NCBI GenBank assembly: GCA_965652775.1
Contig: CBFGXP010000001.1
Coordinates: forward strand, 1-59,421
Source of the DNA: an uncultured bacterium
Lineage (GTDB): Bacteria > Bacteroidota > Bacteroidia > Chitinophagales > Chitinophagaceae
Direction: 5' to 3'
DNA: 59,421 nucleotides
The notes beneath the pieces were generated by a model. It was not told where the DNA came from. It was given only the letters and a program-made list of their open reading frames with translations, and made no database searches. The position numbers and the translations under genes are program-made. Shown here piece after piece: positions 9,388 through 18,624 of the stretch; position 1 is the first letter of the stretch; each line of letters opens with the position of its first letter.

Positions 9388-10959
9388 ATGGATGAAAAGA
9401 AAAAATATACAGATTCAGGAATTGAAATAAAAGAAGTTTACACAAATCTTCAACCTTCTCCCGATAACTATGAGAACGCCCTTGAACAGCCTGGTGAATT
9501 TCCATTTACACGGGGAATACAAGCCGACATGTATCGGGGCAAGTTGTGGACGATGCGGCAATATGCAGGCTTTAGCACCGCCGAAGAAAGTAATAAACGG
9601 TATCATTATTTATTATCCCAGGGCGTCAACGGATTAAGCGTTGCCTTTGATCTGCCAACACAGATCGGTTATGACAGCGATCATTCACTCGCAGAAGGCG
9701 AAGTTGGCAAGGTTGGTGTAGCGATCGATTCAATTGAAGATGTACAGGCATTGTTCAAAGGAATAAAGCTTGAAGATGTTTCCACTTCAATGACGATCAA
9801 TGCTACTGGTTTTATATTGCTTTCCTTTTATGTTGCATTGGCAAAACAACAAGGTGCAGATCTTAAAAAAATATCCGGCACTATACAAAATGATATTCTA
9901 AAAGAGTACGCCGCACGGGGCACTTATATTTATCCGCCTAAGCCCTCCATGCGGATCGTCACTGATATTTTTGATTGGTGCAGTCACGAATTACCGAAGT
10001 GGAATACGATTTCCATCAGCGGATACCATATTCGTGAAGCAGGAAGCACAGCGGTACAGGAAATTGCTTTTACACTTAGCAATGGAAAAGCGTATGTAAA
10101 AGCAGCACTCGAAAAAGGCTTGGATATTAACGTATTTGGCAAACGTCTTTCTTTCTTTTTTAATGCACATAATAACTTATTTGAAGAAGTGGCAAAATTT
10201 CGTGCAGCAAGAAGAATGTGGGCAAAGATGATGAAGGAGCTCGGCGCTACTGATCCAAAAGCAATGATGCTTCGTTTTCATGCACAAACTGGCGGCAGTA
10301 CTTTAACAGCACAGCAACCACTAAATAATATTTCAAGAGTTACCATACAAACATTGGCCGCTGTACTTGGAGGCACCCAATCATTACATACAAATGGATA
10401 TGATGAAGCATTGAGTTTACCAACAGAAGAAGCTGCAAGAATTGCATTGCGTACACAGCAAGTCGTAGCCTTTGAAAGCGGCGCAACCGATACAGCCGAT
10501 CCACTTGGTGGCAGCTACTTTATTGAATCGCTTACTAACGAAGTGGAAGCCGCATCATGGAAGCTGATCGAAAAAATTGACGCAATGGGTGGTAGTGTAG
10601 ATGCGATTGAAAAAGGCTTTATTCAAAATGAAATTGCCCGCAGCGCATACGAGCATCAACTCAAAGTAGAAACAAATGAAAAAATTATTGTTGGTGTAAA
10701 TAAGTTCCAGGTGGAAGAAGAAACGCCCATTCCTGGTTTTAGAATTGATGATAGCATCAGGAATTTACAGGTTGAAAAATTAACAAGGTTAAAGAATAGC
10801 AGGGACAGGGCTAAAGTCGATCAGCTCTTGCAGCAATTGAATGACAAAGCTGTTAGCGGCGAAAATTTAATGCCAACTGTAATAGAGTCAGTAGAAAATA
10901 AGGTCACACTTGGTGAGATCGCTGATGAATTGAGATGTGTGTTTGGGGAGTATAAATAA
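9388..10959 (+). CDS. methylmalonyl-CoA mutase family protein, catalytic barrel domain only (no B12-binding domain)
   Basis: Motifs FTRG...[23 protein letters not shown] and FHAQTGG are typical of acyl-CoA mutase large subunits. I prefer ATG 9388 over TTG 9373. Confidence 0.85.
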   Translation: MDEKKKYTDSGIEIKEVYTNLQPSPDNYENALEQPGEFPFTRGIQADMYRGKLWTMRQYAGFSTAEESNKRYHYLLSQGVNGLSVAFDLPTQIGYDSDHSLAEGEVGKVGVAIDSIEDVQALFKGIKLEDVSTSMTINATGFILLSFYVALAKQQGADLKKISGTIQNDILKEYAARGTYIYPPKPSMRIVTDIFDWCSHELPKWNTISISGYHIREAGSTAVQEIAFTLSNGKAYVKAALEKGLDINVFGKRLSFFFNAHNNLFEEVAKFRAARRMWAKMMKELGATDPKAMMLRFHAQTGGSTLTAQQPLNNISRVTIQTLAAVLGGTQSLHTNGYDEALSLPTEEAARIALRTQQVVAFESGATDTADPLGGSYFIESLTNEVEAASWKLIEKIDAMGGSVDAIEKGFIQNEIARSAYEHQLKVETNEKIIVGVNKFQVEEETPIPGFRIDDSIRNLQVEKLTRLKNSRDRAKVDQLLQQLNDKAVSGENLMPTVIESVENKVTLGEIADELRCVFGEYK

Positions 10960-10960
10960 T

Positions 10961-12637
10961 TTAAGAACCCTTTTTCACCTGCTTCGCCCAATCATCTTTT
11001 AATGTAACAGTGCGGTTAAAGATCACTCCTTCCTCCGATGAATCTTTATCAAGACAATAATATCCTTTGCGTAAGAACTGGAAACGGTCGCTGAATTTTG
11101 CATTCTTGATGGCCGGCTCAGCATAACCAGTTACTACCTTTAAAGAATCCGGATTTATATAATCTTTAAAATCTCCCTCTTCACTTGATGGATCCTCCAC
11201 TCTGAATAAGCGATCATACTCCCTTACTTCTATTTTGACCGCATCAGCAGCATTTACCCAATGTAACGTTCCTTTTACGTTAATACCGGAAGTGTCATTG
11301 CCACTTTTGCTTTCCGGGATATAAGTACAATACAGCTCAGTAACCTTTCCGGAATCATCTTTAATTACTTCATCACATCTAATAATGTACGCACTTTTCA
11401 GTCTCACCATTTGTCCCGGAGCCAAACGAAAATATTTTTTTGGTGGTTTTTCCATAAAATCATCCCGCTCAATGTAAATTTCCCTGCTGAACGGAACTTG
11501 TCTTTTTCCACTGGTTGGATCTTCAGGATTATTATCGGTTTCAAGCATTTCGGTTTCGTTCCTGAAATTAGTGATCACTACTTTAACCGGGTCAAATACC
11601 ACCATTCTTCTCAATGAAATTTTATTCAAATGCTCTCTTAAACAAAATTCGAGCAGGCCAACATCAACAATATTTTCTCTTTTTGCAATCCCGATCCGAT
11701 CACAAAATTCACGAATGCTTTCCGGTGTATAACCCCGGCGACGTAAACCGGTGATGGTTGGCATTCTTGGATCGTCCCAACCAGTAACATAATTTTCATT
11801 TACCAGTTGCAGGAGTTTTCTTTTACTCGTAACGGTATAATTAATATTCCTTCTTGCAAATTCATACTGGTGCGATGGATAGATCTCCAATTTTTCGATC
11901 AGCCAATCATAGAATTCACGATGTGGAACGAACTCCAATGTGCAAATTGAGTGAGTTACATTTTCTATAGAATCACTTTGACCATGTGCCATATCATACA
12001 TTGGATAGATGCACCATTTATCACCCGTACGATGATGATGTGCGTGTTTAATCCGGTAGATCACAGGGTCCCGCATCAGCATATTGATATGCGCCATATC
12101 GATCTTTGCACGCAATGTTCTCGTGCCATCCTCAAATTCGCCAGCTTTCATTCTTGCAAACAGGTCAAGGTTCTCATCCACGCTCCTGTCACGATACTTA
12201 CTATTCTTACCCGGTTCGGTTGGTGTACCTTTCATCGCAGCCATCTCTTCACTGGTGCTATCATCTACATATGCCAGTCCTTTTTTTATAAGTTTCACCG
12301 CAAACTCATACAACTGATCGAAATAATCGCTGGCATACAATTCATGTTTCCATTGAAACCCAAGCCAGCGAACATCATCTTTGATGCTATCAACATATTC
12401 CACTTCCTCCGTCACAGGGTTTGTATCATCAAATCGGAGATTGGTATAACCAGGATACTTTTTTGTCAAGCCAAAATTTAAACAAATGCTCGATGCATGG
12501 CCGATATGCAGATAGCCATTAGGCTCAGGGGGAAAACGGGTAATGATCTGTTTGTATTTACCCGATTTCAGATCCTCTTCAATTATTTCTTCCAGGAAAT
12601 TTAAACTCCTTTCTTCTTTTTTTACTTCTTCTGTCAT
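10961..12637 (-). CDS. glnS: glutamine--tRNA ligase
   Basis: 558 aa with the HIGH motif (PEPNGYLHIGHA), a VTSKRKL (MSK-type) motif and RFDDTNP. Confidence 0.95.
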   Translation of the reverse strand: MTEEVKKEERSLNFLEEIIEEDLKSGKYKQIITRFPPEPNGYLHIGHASSICLNFGLTKKYPGYTNLRFDDTNPVTEEVEYVDSIKDDVRWLGFQWKHELYASDYFDQLYEFAVKLIKKGLAYVDDSTSEEMAAMKGTPTEPGKNSKYRDRSVDENLDLFARMKAGEFEDGTRTLRAKIDMAHINMLMRDPVIYRIKHAHHHRTGDKWCIYPMYDMAHGQSDSIENVTHSICTLEFVPHREFYDWLIEKLEIYPSHQYEFARRNINYTVTSKRKLLQLVNENYVTGWDDPRMPTITGLRRRGYTPESIREFCDRIGIAKRENIVDVGLLEFCLREHLNKISLRRMVVFDPVKVVITNFRNETEMLETDNNPEDPTSGKRQVPFSREIYIERDDFMEKPPKKYFRLAPGQMVRLKSAYIIRCDEVIKDDSGKVTELYCTYIPESKSGNDTSGINVKGTLHWVNAADAVKIEVREYDRLFRVEDPSSEEGDFKDYINPDSLKVVTGYAEPAIKNAKFSDRFQFLRKGYYCLDKDSSEEGVIFNRTVTLKDDWAKQVKKGS

Positions 12638-12644
12638 AGGTCGG

Positions 12645-12652
12645 CAAAGATA
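12645..12652 (-). promoter_or_regulatory. candidate -7 box TATCTTTG
   Basis: 7 nt upstream of the glnS start (12637), which would give a very short leader. Confidence 0.3.
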
Positions 12653-12979
12653 ATAATAATGGGGTGAGCTTGTGGTTGCCGGAAATTCTATTGCGCAGCC
12701 ATTCGAGATTTTATAAGTCTCATTATCGATGCAAAAAATTTTGTTTTTAATATCAGAAACTTTACATTAGTGTAACGGTGTTGATTTCAAACCTTATTCT
12801 TGGTGTGACGCTTACCTTATCCCATCTTACCTGACCAAGATTACTTATCCAACATAAAAAGAATAACAATAGCCTTCTGAGATTTCACCTGGGAGAAAGG
12901 CCCGTTTGTTTAAAAACGGAGGCAAATGAACATTGGAAAAAACAACTGTTATTTAAATAAATTTCAAATTTATTGATAT

Positions 12980-13507
12980 ATGAAAGCAATAACACTATTG
13001 GGTCTTCTTATTCATCTAACCACCTGTTGTACCGGGTATACTAAAGCCGAATCAATTGTTCCTGATACTAAACCTGATACAATTGGTTCTCCAAGAGAAA
13101 TGGCAATTGAAATATCGAAAATCGGATACAATAAAACTTTCCGATTAAAAAAAGGACGTGATGTATGGATGTACTTTCCAAATGAAAAAGGTAAGCTAAA
13201 AGTTAAAAGAGCGCAAATCACAAGCATTGACGAAAACGAGATCAGAGTTAAGCCTTATAACAAAAAATTTAAGGAAAAGGTCTATTCGGAGTCTGACATT
13301 TCGTTTATTGGCTTTACCTCAGCTGGCAGAATAATTATTGCTGTCATTGGAACGATTCTGTTGTTGATACCTATGATCCTTTTGGCTCTGATCTCTGGAG
13401 GATTGGATGTGTTTATCCTGATTCCCTATAGGAAAAACATAAGCTTCGAACAAACCAAAAAAGGTAATAGAAAATGGAATTTAGAAACCGTGGAAACTCA
13501 AAATTAA
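12980..13507 (+). CDS. hypothetical lipoprotein with C-terminal transmembrane segment
   Basis: 175-aa ORF with the signal LLIHLTTCC and a hydrophobic stretch IIIAVIGTILLLIPMILLALI. No family recognised. Confidence 0.5.
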   Translation: MKAITLLGLLIHLTTCCTGYTKAESIVPDTKPDTIGSPREMAIEISKIGYNKTFRLKKGRDVWMYFPNEKGKLKVKRAQITSIDENEIRVKPYNKKFKEKVYSESDISFIGFTSAGRIIIAVIGTILLLIPMILLALISGGLDVFILIPYRKNISFEQTKKGNRKWNLETVETQN

Positions 13508-13678
13508 ATTCAATAACCCTTAAGCCCTTCCATTTCCAAGAGGCAAAAATCCATCCACATTCAATTCAGTCTTTGACGCCCGGGTCTAGGTAAAAAGGGG
13601 AACTGCGAGACGTCGCTACGGATTCAATAATTTTATTCACCTTTCCCTATTTTTAGGACTTAAAATTATACTCAGAGA

Positions 13679-14095
13679 ATGAATTCCGATGTAGACGTTG
13701 TCAGAGATGTGCTTGAATTAACGGAAGCAGCTTTTCCTGCCTCCACGTTTGTCAAAAGCCTGCATCAACAATATTTAAATCGTGGTGGGCTTAGTAAAAA
13801 ACAACTGGAAGGCCTGTATCAAATAGCACAAAAAGTAAATACAATTCCTGTGGGCAAACTGTCGACGCTGGAAGCGATCATTTTAAAAAAACCCACACGT
13901 TATAAATCTGATAAGCCAGAACCAGCGCCTCTTTATAAAAAAGATGAAGAGCTGGGAAAAAAGATCACAGCCCTACTGGAGAAATATCCGCAGCACAAAA
14001 GGGGATTGTTTCTGAAAATAAAATATGACAACAACGAAGTACTCAGTTCAACAGAGATCGCCGACATAGAAAAGTTTTATAAATTGCTGAGGTAG
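13679..14095 (+). CDS. hypothetical protein
   Basis: 138-aa ORF with no competing ORF. No motif recognised. Confidence 0.5.
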   Translation: MNSDVDVVRDVLELTEAAFPASTFVKSLHQQYLNRGGLSKKQLEGLYQIAQKVNTIPVGKLSTLEAIILKKPTRYKSDKPEPAPLYKKDEELGKKITALLEKYPQHKRGLFLKIKYDNNEVLSSTEIADIEKFYKLLR

Positions 14096-14112
14096 GCAAA
14101 AAAAGAAACGAG

Positions 14113-14120
14113 TATATTTG
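14113..14120 (+). promoter_or_regulatory. candidate -7 box TATATTTG
   Basis: 18 nt upstream of the small ORF ATG 14139. Confidence 0.35.
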
Positions 14121-14138
14121 CAAAAAAAACTTATCCGT

Positions 14139-14291
14139 ATGTCATTACTTAATCAAAATAACAAGGGCAAAAAAAAGAACGACAAAAAGAAAAATCAGAA
14201 CGCCGCCCCTGGTTCAAAATTCATTCAAAAGCCGCAGACAAACACTTTTGTAAGCAAACAAGCTAATACTGGATCACAACGCGGCAGCTAA
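14139..14291 (+). CDS. unannotated small K/N/Q-rich protein (50 aa), hypothetical
   Basis: ATG 14139 to TAA 14289-14291 encodes MSLLNQNNKGKKKNDKKKNQNAAPGSKFIQKPQTNTFVSKQANTGSQRGS. It is below the ORF-track cutoff. A TATATTTG box sits 18 nt upstream and a strong hairpin terminator lies 17 nt downstream. Confidence 0.35.
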   Translation: MSLLNQNNKGKKKNDKKKNQNAAPGSKFIQKPQTNTFVSKQANTGSQRGS

Positions 14292-14307
14292 CTTTTCTAT
14301 TTATAAA

Positions 14308-14333
14308 AAATGGGGCTTTAGTAAGCCCCATTT
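14308..14333. terminator. bidirectional hairpin terminator
   Basis: AAATGGGGCTT (14308-14318) pairs with AAGCCCCATTT (14323-14333) around a 4-nt loop. It sits between the small ORF (+) and the ABM gene (-). Confidence 0.75.
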
Positions 14334-14347
14334 GAATACTTAGCACT

Positions 14348-14653
14348 TCAGGCATGTTCCATTACGTCTTCAGTCTCGTATACCCTTAACACAGGCTCTT
14401 TAGAAAAAAACGGCCTCACCTGGTCAACGAGATCCTTATACACCCCGGAGTTGTGATAAGTATCTGCATCTTCCTTTCTCTCCCATGTCGTCATTGAAAT
14501 ATAGTCGTCCTTCTTGTCAACAGGCTGTAAAAGTCTGCACTCAAGATTACCTTTTTGTTTCTTCAGCGTCGGGATGGCAACTTCGTTGTAGAATTTTTTT
14601 AGCTCTGTAAGTTTTTCGGTTTTAAAGCCGAAATAAGTGAGTCGTACAAACAT
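14348..14653 (-). CDS. ABM (antibiotic biosynthesis monooxygenase)-like small protein
   Basis: 101 aa with a ferredoxin-like pattern (MFVRLTYF...ISMTTWERKEDADTYH) typical of ABM/Dabb domains. Confidence 0.6.
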   Translation of the reverse strand: MFVRLTYFGFKTEKLTELKKFYNEVAIPTLKKQKGNLECRLLQPVDKKDDYISMTTWERKEDADTYHNSGVYKDLVDQVRPFFSKEPVLRVYETEDVMEHA

Positions 14654-14780
14654 AACACCTCCTTTTTTAAATGTAAAGAATGATAGTTTTCAAGGAAGGT
14701 TCCTTTTCATGAATACAGCACGGTTGGAAGGAATAGAAGTTACGAAGAAAGGAGGGTCGTTTCCTAATTTTCAATTCAAT

Positions 14781-15923
14781 TTAGTTTTGCACAGCCGGCA
14801 AACTGAGCCGATCACCCAAATGCTGTGCAGCTTTTTCAAGATTCGTATAAGTATTTTTTATTGCTGTTTCCAGATCTGTTGAATTATCATTTATAGATAT
14901 GAGCTGATCAAAATATTGCTGTAATGAATTATCATGAAAGGGGGGCACCTGGCCTGCCAAACCGATAACAGGCAATAAAAATTCTTTCGCCTTTTTTGCG
15001 ACACCAAACGGCCCCTTACCCTGCAAGGTTTGCAGGTCAATACTTCCTTCGCCGGTGATGACCATATTTGTTTTCGCTATTTCTTTTTCAAAACCGGTCG
15101 CATGTAAAAAATAATCAATGCCGTTAACCAGCTCTGCATTGAAGAAACCGTGTAAGCCGGATGCCACACCGCCTGCTGCTCCGCCATGTTTAATGTTAGC
15201 CATGTCCTTGCCCGTTTTGTGCAAAACAATATCATTGAATTTTATGAGAATGTCTTCCAGCAACTGAACATCTTTTTTTGAGGCTCCTTTCTGTGGGCCG
15301 AAAAATTTAGCTGCTCCGTTCGTGCCTAGCAAAGGATTTTCAACATCACATAAAATAATTATTCGGGTGTCGCTGATCCTTTTATTGCAATTTGTTGTAT
15401 CAATTTCTGCAAGTGATAACAAATCGGCCGGCAGCTCATTCAATTCATTTCCTTTTGCATCAAAAAATTTTACACCCAGCGCTTTTAAAATTCCTGTGCC
15501 GCCATCAACAGTGGCGCTTCCACCAACACATAAAAGGATCTTACTTGCATTTTTATCTAATGCTTTCAACATTAATTCTCCCGTACCAAAAGTTGTAGTT
15601 TTTAAAGGAGCATATTCTGCAGGGTTCAGCAAGCGTAAGCCAGAGGCAGCCGCCAATTCAATGATGGCAGTTTTATCTTTTTCGATCCAACCAAAGGAAG
15701 AATTTATTTTTCTCATCAACGGATCGTGCACATTGGTATGGATCCATTCGCCTTTTAAGTGATCGATCAATAACCCGGCCGTGCCATCACCACCATCCGC
15801 TACGGGAAAGCATGACATAGTACATTGTAATTTGCTTTTTTGCAAACCATTGCTGATAGCTTCCGCAACCTTAGTTGCATCAAGGCTATTTTTAAAAGCA
15901 TTAGGCGCAATCAGTATATGCAT
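14781..15923 (-). CDS. glycerate kinase
   Basis: 380 aa with ILIAPNAFKNSL, PVADGGDGT and ITGEGSID motifs of the glycerate kinase family. Confidence 0.9.
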   Translation of the reverse strand: MHILIAPNAFKNSLDATKVAEAISNGLQKSKLQCTMSCFPVADGGDGTAGLLIDHLKGEWIHTNVHDPLMRKINSSFGWIEKDKTAIIELAAASGLRLLNPAEYAPLKTTTFGTGELMLKALDKNASKILLCVGGSATVDGGTGILKALGVKFFDAKGNELNELPADLLSLAEIDTTNCNKRISDTRIIILCDVENPLLGTNGAAKFFGPQKGASKKDVQLLEDILIKFNDIVLHKTGKDMANIKHGGAAGGVASGLHGFFNAELVNGIDYFLHATGFEKEIAKTNMVITGEGSIDLQTLQGKGPFGVAKKAKEFLLPVIGLAGQVPPFHDNSLQQYFDQLISINDNSTDLETAIKNTYTNLEKAAQHLGDRLSLPAVQN

Positions 15924-15929
15924 AACAAA

Positions 15930-17258
15930 TTATAAAATGATCAAAGACACCAGGTAAATAAAGATCATCGTAACAAGTCCCATTAAAATTGACGCCACCG
16001 AATGCACACGCAACATCGTCCTGGTATCAATGTCTGAAAATTTGGAAATGACCCAGAAATAAGCATCATTGGAATGCGATATCATCATTGAGCCTGCACC
16101 CATTGCCAGGACAGCAAGCAACCTCCCGTTTTCAGATTCAAGACCCAATATTGATAACATAGGAAGCACAATCGATGATGCTGTAATAATGGCGACCGTA
16201 GAGGAGCCTTGTGCCGTTTTAATAAGGCTCGTTAATAAAAAAGGAAAGAAGATACCAAGCATTTTCAGATCAAGTCTTTCACTAAAGTGATCACCAATAT
16301 CGGTGGCGGCGAGTACGGCACCAAATGCACCGCCGGCACCTATGATCACCAAAATCCCTCCTGCTTTTTCTACTGCTGATGATAATTGAAAAGACAAAGA
16401 GTGTTTAGTGTTTTTTCCAGTTATAATTGCCAGCAACACTCCAATTGCAAGAGCAACGGATGGATCACCTGCGATACTTATAGTATCAGCAAGTAAACCT
16501 GTTTGGTCCTTTTCAAACACAAGAATGGATCTTAACGCCATCAGTAAAATTGGAACTATTACTGGCAGGAACGCAGGTATAACTTTAGGGCCCTTCGGAA
16601 TTACCTCTTCAGTATTCTCTTGTGTGCTCGCACTTGCCTCTGTTTTTTTACCAGCATATACAGCCCACCAATGACCAATGAGCATGGCGGGAATTGCAAT
16701 CACAATTCCATATAAGATCAGCTTTCCAAAATCAACAGCCAGGGTACCAGCGGCTGCAGTGGCTCCCGGATGCGGGGGTATCAAACAATGAACAGCATAC
16801 AAACCTGATGCTAATGAAATACTCATTGTAGCCGCAGCAATACCTGTTTTTTTAATCAGTGATCTGTTGATGCCGTTCAAAACAATGTAGCCAGAATCGC
16901 AAAAGATGGGGAGGCCGACTATAAATCCTGTAAAAGACAAAGCCAGTGAAGTATTTTTTCGCCCAGCTAATTTTAAAATTGATGCTGCCATTACCTGCGT
17001 GCTTCCATTCTTTTCAAGTAGCACACCAATCGTTGTACCCAGCACGATAATAAGTGCCAGTTTCGACATTACATCTCCAAATCCATTCTTGATCAATGAT
17101 AAAATTTCAGCGACCGGCAGTTGGACTCCAAGTCCTGTAACAAAACAAGCAATGATCAAAGCGAAAAAAGGATGTACCCTGAATTTTACAGTAAGTAGAA
17201 TAATAGAAATTATCCCGGCCAGTAAAAAAATAATTAACTGGGGAAAAGATGAATTCAT
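15930..17258 (-). CDS. GntP family permease (gluconate/glycerate:H+ symporter)
   Basis: 442-aa polytopic membrane protein with GntP-type organisation. It lies 6 nt upstream of the glycerate kinase gene. Confidence 0.85.
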   Translation of the reverse strand: MNSSFPQLIIFLLAGIISIILLTVKFRVHPFFALIIACFVTGLGVQLPVAEILSLIKNGFGDVMSKLALIIVLGTTIGVLLEKNGSTQVMAASILKLAGRKNTSLALSFTGFIVGLPIFCDSGYIVLNGINRSLIKKTGIAAATMSISLASGLYAVHCLIPPHPGATAAAGTLAVDFGKLILYGIVIAIPAMLIGHWWAVYAGKKTEASASTQENTEEVIPKGPKVIPAFLPVIVPILLMALRSILVFEKDQTGLLADTISIAGDPSVALAIGVLLAIITGKNTKHSLSFQLSSAVEKAGGILVIIGAGGAFGAVLAATDIGDHFSERLDLKMLGIFFPFLLTSLIKTAQGSSTVAIITASSIVLPMLSILGLESENGRLLAVLAMGAGSMMISHSNDAYFWVISKFSDIDTRTMLRVHSVASILMGLVTMIFIYLVSLIIL

Positions 17259-17279
17259 TAAATCTTTTTTGAAAATTAG

Positions 17280-18290
17280 CTATTCAGGCTTTAAAACACC
17301 GGAAGGATGGTTTACAGCTATACTTTGTTTTTTATTTAGTTTGTAACGCATCGCAAGTTCATCATTGCAAAAAACATAAAGCCATTCACTCGTTGCAGCA
17401 GTTACATTGTATATGAAAGAAAGTTTTTCACCACCTGTATCAGGAAGTGTTATAATCTTAGTAGAATCTAAAATTGGCGATTCTGAAACAAAATAATTTC
17501 TAATTTCTCTCTTTGATTTTATTTCAATAAGAATTGAATCACCCACTGCCACATCAATCACACCTTTTGCCGGAAAATGACTATTGATCCCTGCTTTCAC
17601 ATAACCTGAATAACGAAAGGGACTCTGATTGTATTCGCGATAAACGGGAGGATTGCTCAGTAGTGTCCATTGCGGGTCTTCAGGGTAATGATCACGGATG
17701 AATTCGTCGGGGGGAGTTAAAAAGTAGAAATCGTTGAATTGCCGGACATACTCATTTCCAAAACCAACAACGCCGCTGGCCCATGTAACATCCAGCAAAT
17801 GCCAGGCGCTGTCAATATAAACGGCATTCCACGCGTGGTTAACACCAAATCTGCGGTTGGTATTTGTTCTTGCATAACCATAAATGATCTCGCATTGTAT
17901 GCCTGCATGATCACATAAAGTTTTAAATAATCGGGAATAGCCTTCGCAAAAAGCAACTCCCTTATATAAAACCTTTCTTGCCACTCTTTCATTTAATGAT
18001 GGCAATGGAGCAGAACTGTCTTCCGGTTCTTCATAAAACAATACCTGTGTCTTTTTGCTCCGGCCAATGGGCCTCACGTTGTAATCAATATTTTGTGTTA
18101 TCCAGCGAAAAATAGCTCTTACCTTTTCCTTTTCTGTATTGCCAAGTGCAGCCAGTTTTCTTGCTAATGTATCTGTGTGGCCGGAAGAGATCGATTCAAC
18201 CTTACTATCAATGTCATAAAAATTAGCGTGCCTTTGTTGTGAATAAAAGCAAACGGGTATTAAAAGAAATATGATCAGGAGAATTTTCAC
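17280..18290 (-). CDS. transglutaminase-like cysteine protease domain protein, secreted
   Basis: Signal peptide, core GVAFCEGYS (Cys), NHAWNAVYI (His) and a downstream Asp (HLLDVTW). Confidence 0.75.
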   Translation of the reverse strand: MKILLIIFLLIPVCFYSQQRHANFYDIDSKVESISSGHTDTLARKLAALGNTEKEKVRAIFRWITQNIDYNVRPIGRSKKTQVLFYEEPEDSSAPLPSLNERVARKVLYKGVAFCEGYSRLFKTLCDHAGIQCEIIYGYARTNTNRRFGVNHAWNAVYIDSAWHLLDVTWASGVVGFGNEYVRQFNDFYFLTPPDEFIRDHYPEDPQWTLLSNPPVYREYNQSPFRYSGYVKAGINSHFPAKGVIDVAVGDSILIEIKSKREIRNYFVSESPILDSTKIITLPDTGGEKLSFIYNVTAATSEWLYVFCNDELAMRYKLNKKQSIAVNHPSGVLKPE

Positions 18291-18445
18291 AATTCTAAGC
18301 TCAATCTAAAATTAAGAAGAGTTTGGCGGTTTTATAAATTACTCATAAAAAAGTTTACATTCAATTATGCTGGGTACACCCGGTCAGGATAACCTTCGAC
18401 GCAATTGTTCGATATAGAACAGGACCCCCGAACCCTACGGAAAAT

Positions 18446-18474
18446 CTCAGGGCAGGCTGTGCGTCGCAACAGAA
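18446..18474 (+). repeat. GTGCGWCGCAA box (copy 1)
   Basis: CTCAGGGCAGGCTGTGCGTCGCAACAGAA, in the 334-bp intergenic region upstream of the DUF4407-like gene. Confidence 0.6.
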
Positions 18475-18624
18475 ACTTAACCAGCGCAAAAATGCCTGCC
18501 AATAGCCTTTATCCTTTTCTTAACAGCGCAATTGTAATTAGCAGAAATTATCAGCGTTTAAAAATTATTCAACTTCTAACCGGGACATTTCATATATAAA
18601 TTCTTTTACTGAAAAACACCTACT

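Noticed and set aside
11951-12481. A 176-aa plus-strand ORF, and others, antisense to glnS
   Set aside because: The minus-strand frame encodes a full-length GlnRS with HIGH and KMSK-type motifs. The antisense ORF has no recognisable features.
12653-12979. A 327-bp upstream region of the lipoprotein gene, considered as a riboswitch or sRNA
   Set aside because: I see only a short hairpin (CCGTTT..AAACGG) and no conserved aptamer-like motifs. There is insufficient evidence without covariance-model or expression data.
18405-18599. A 64-aa ORF in the intergenic region upstream of the DUF4407-like gene
   Set aside because: It reads through the GTGCGTCGCAA box. It has no promoter box or family resemblance and has an Arg-rich, low-complexity composition typical of spurious ORFs.
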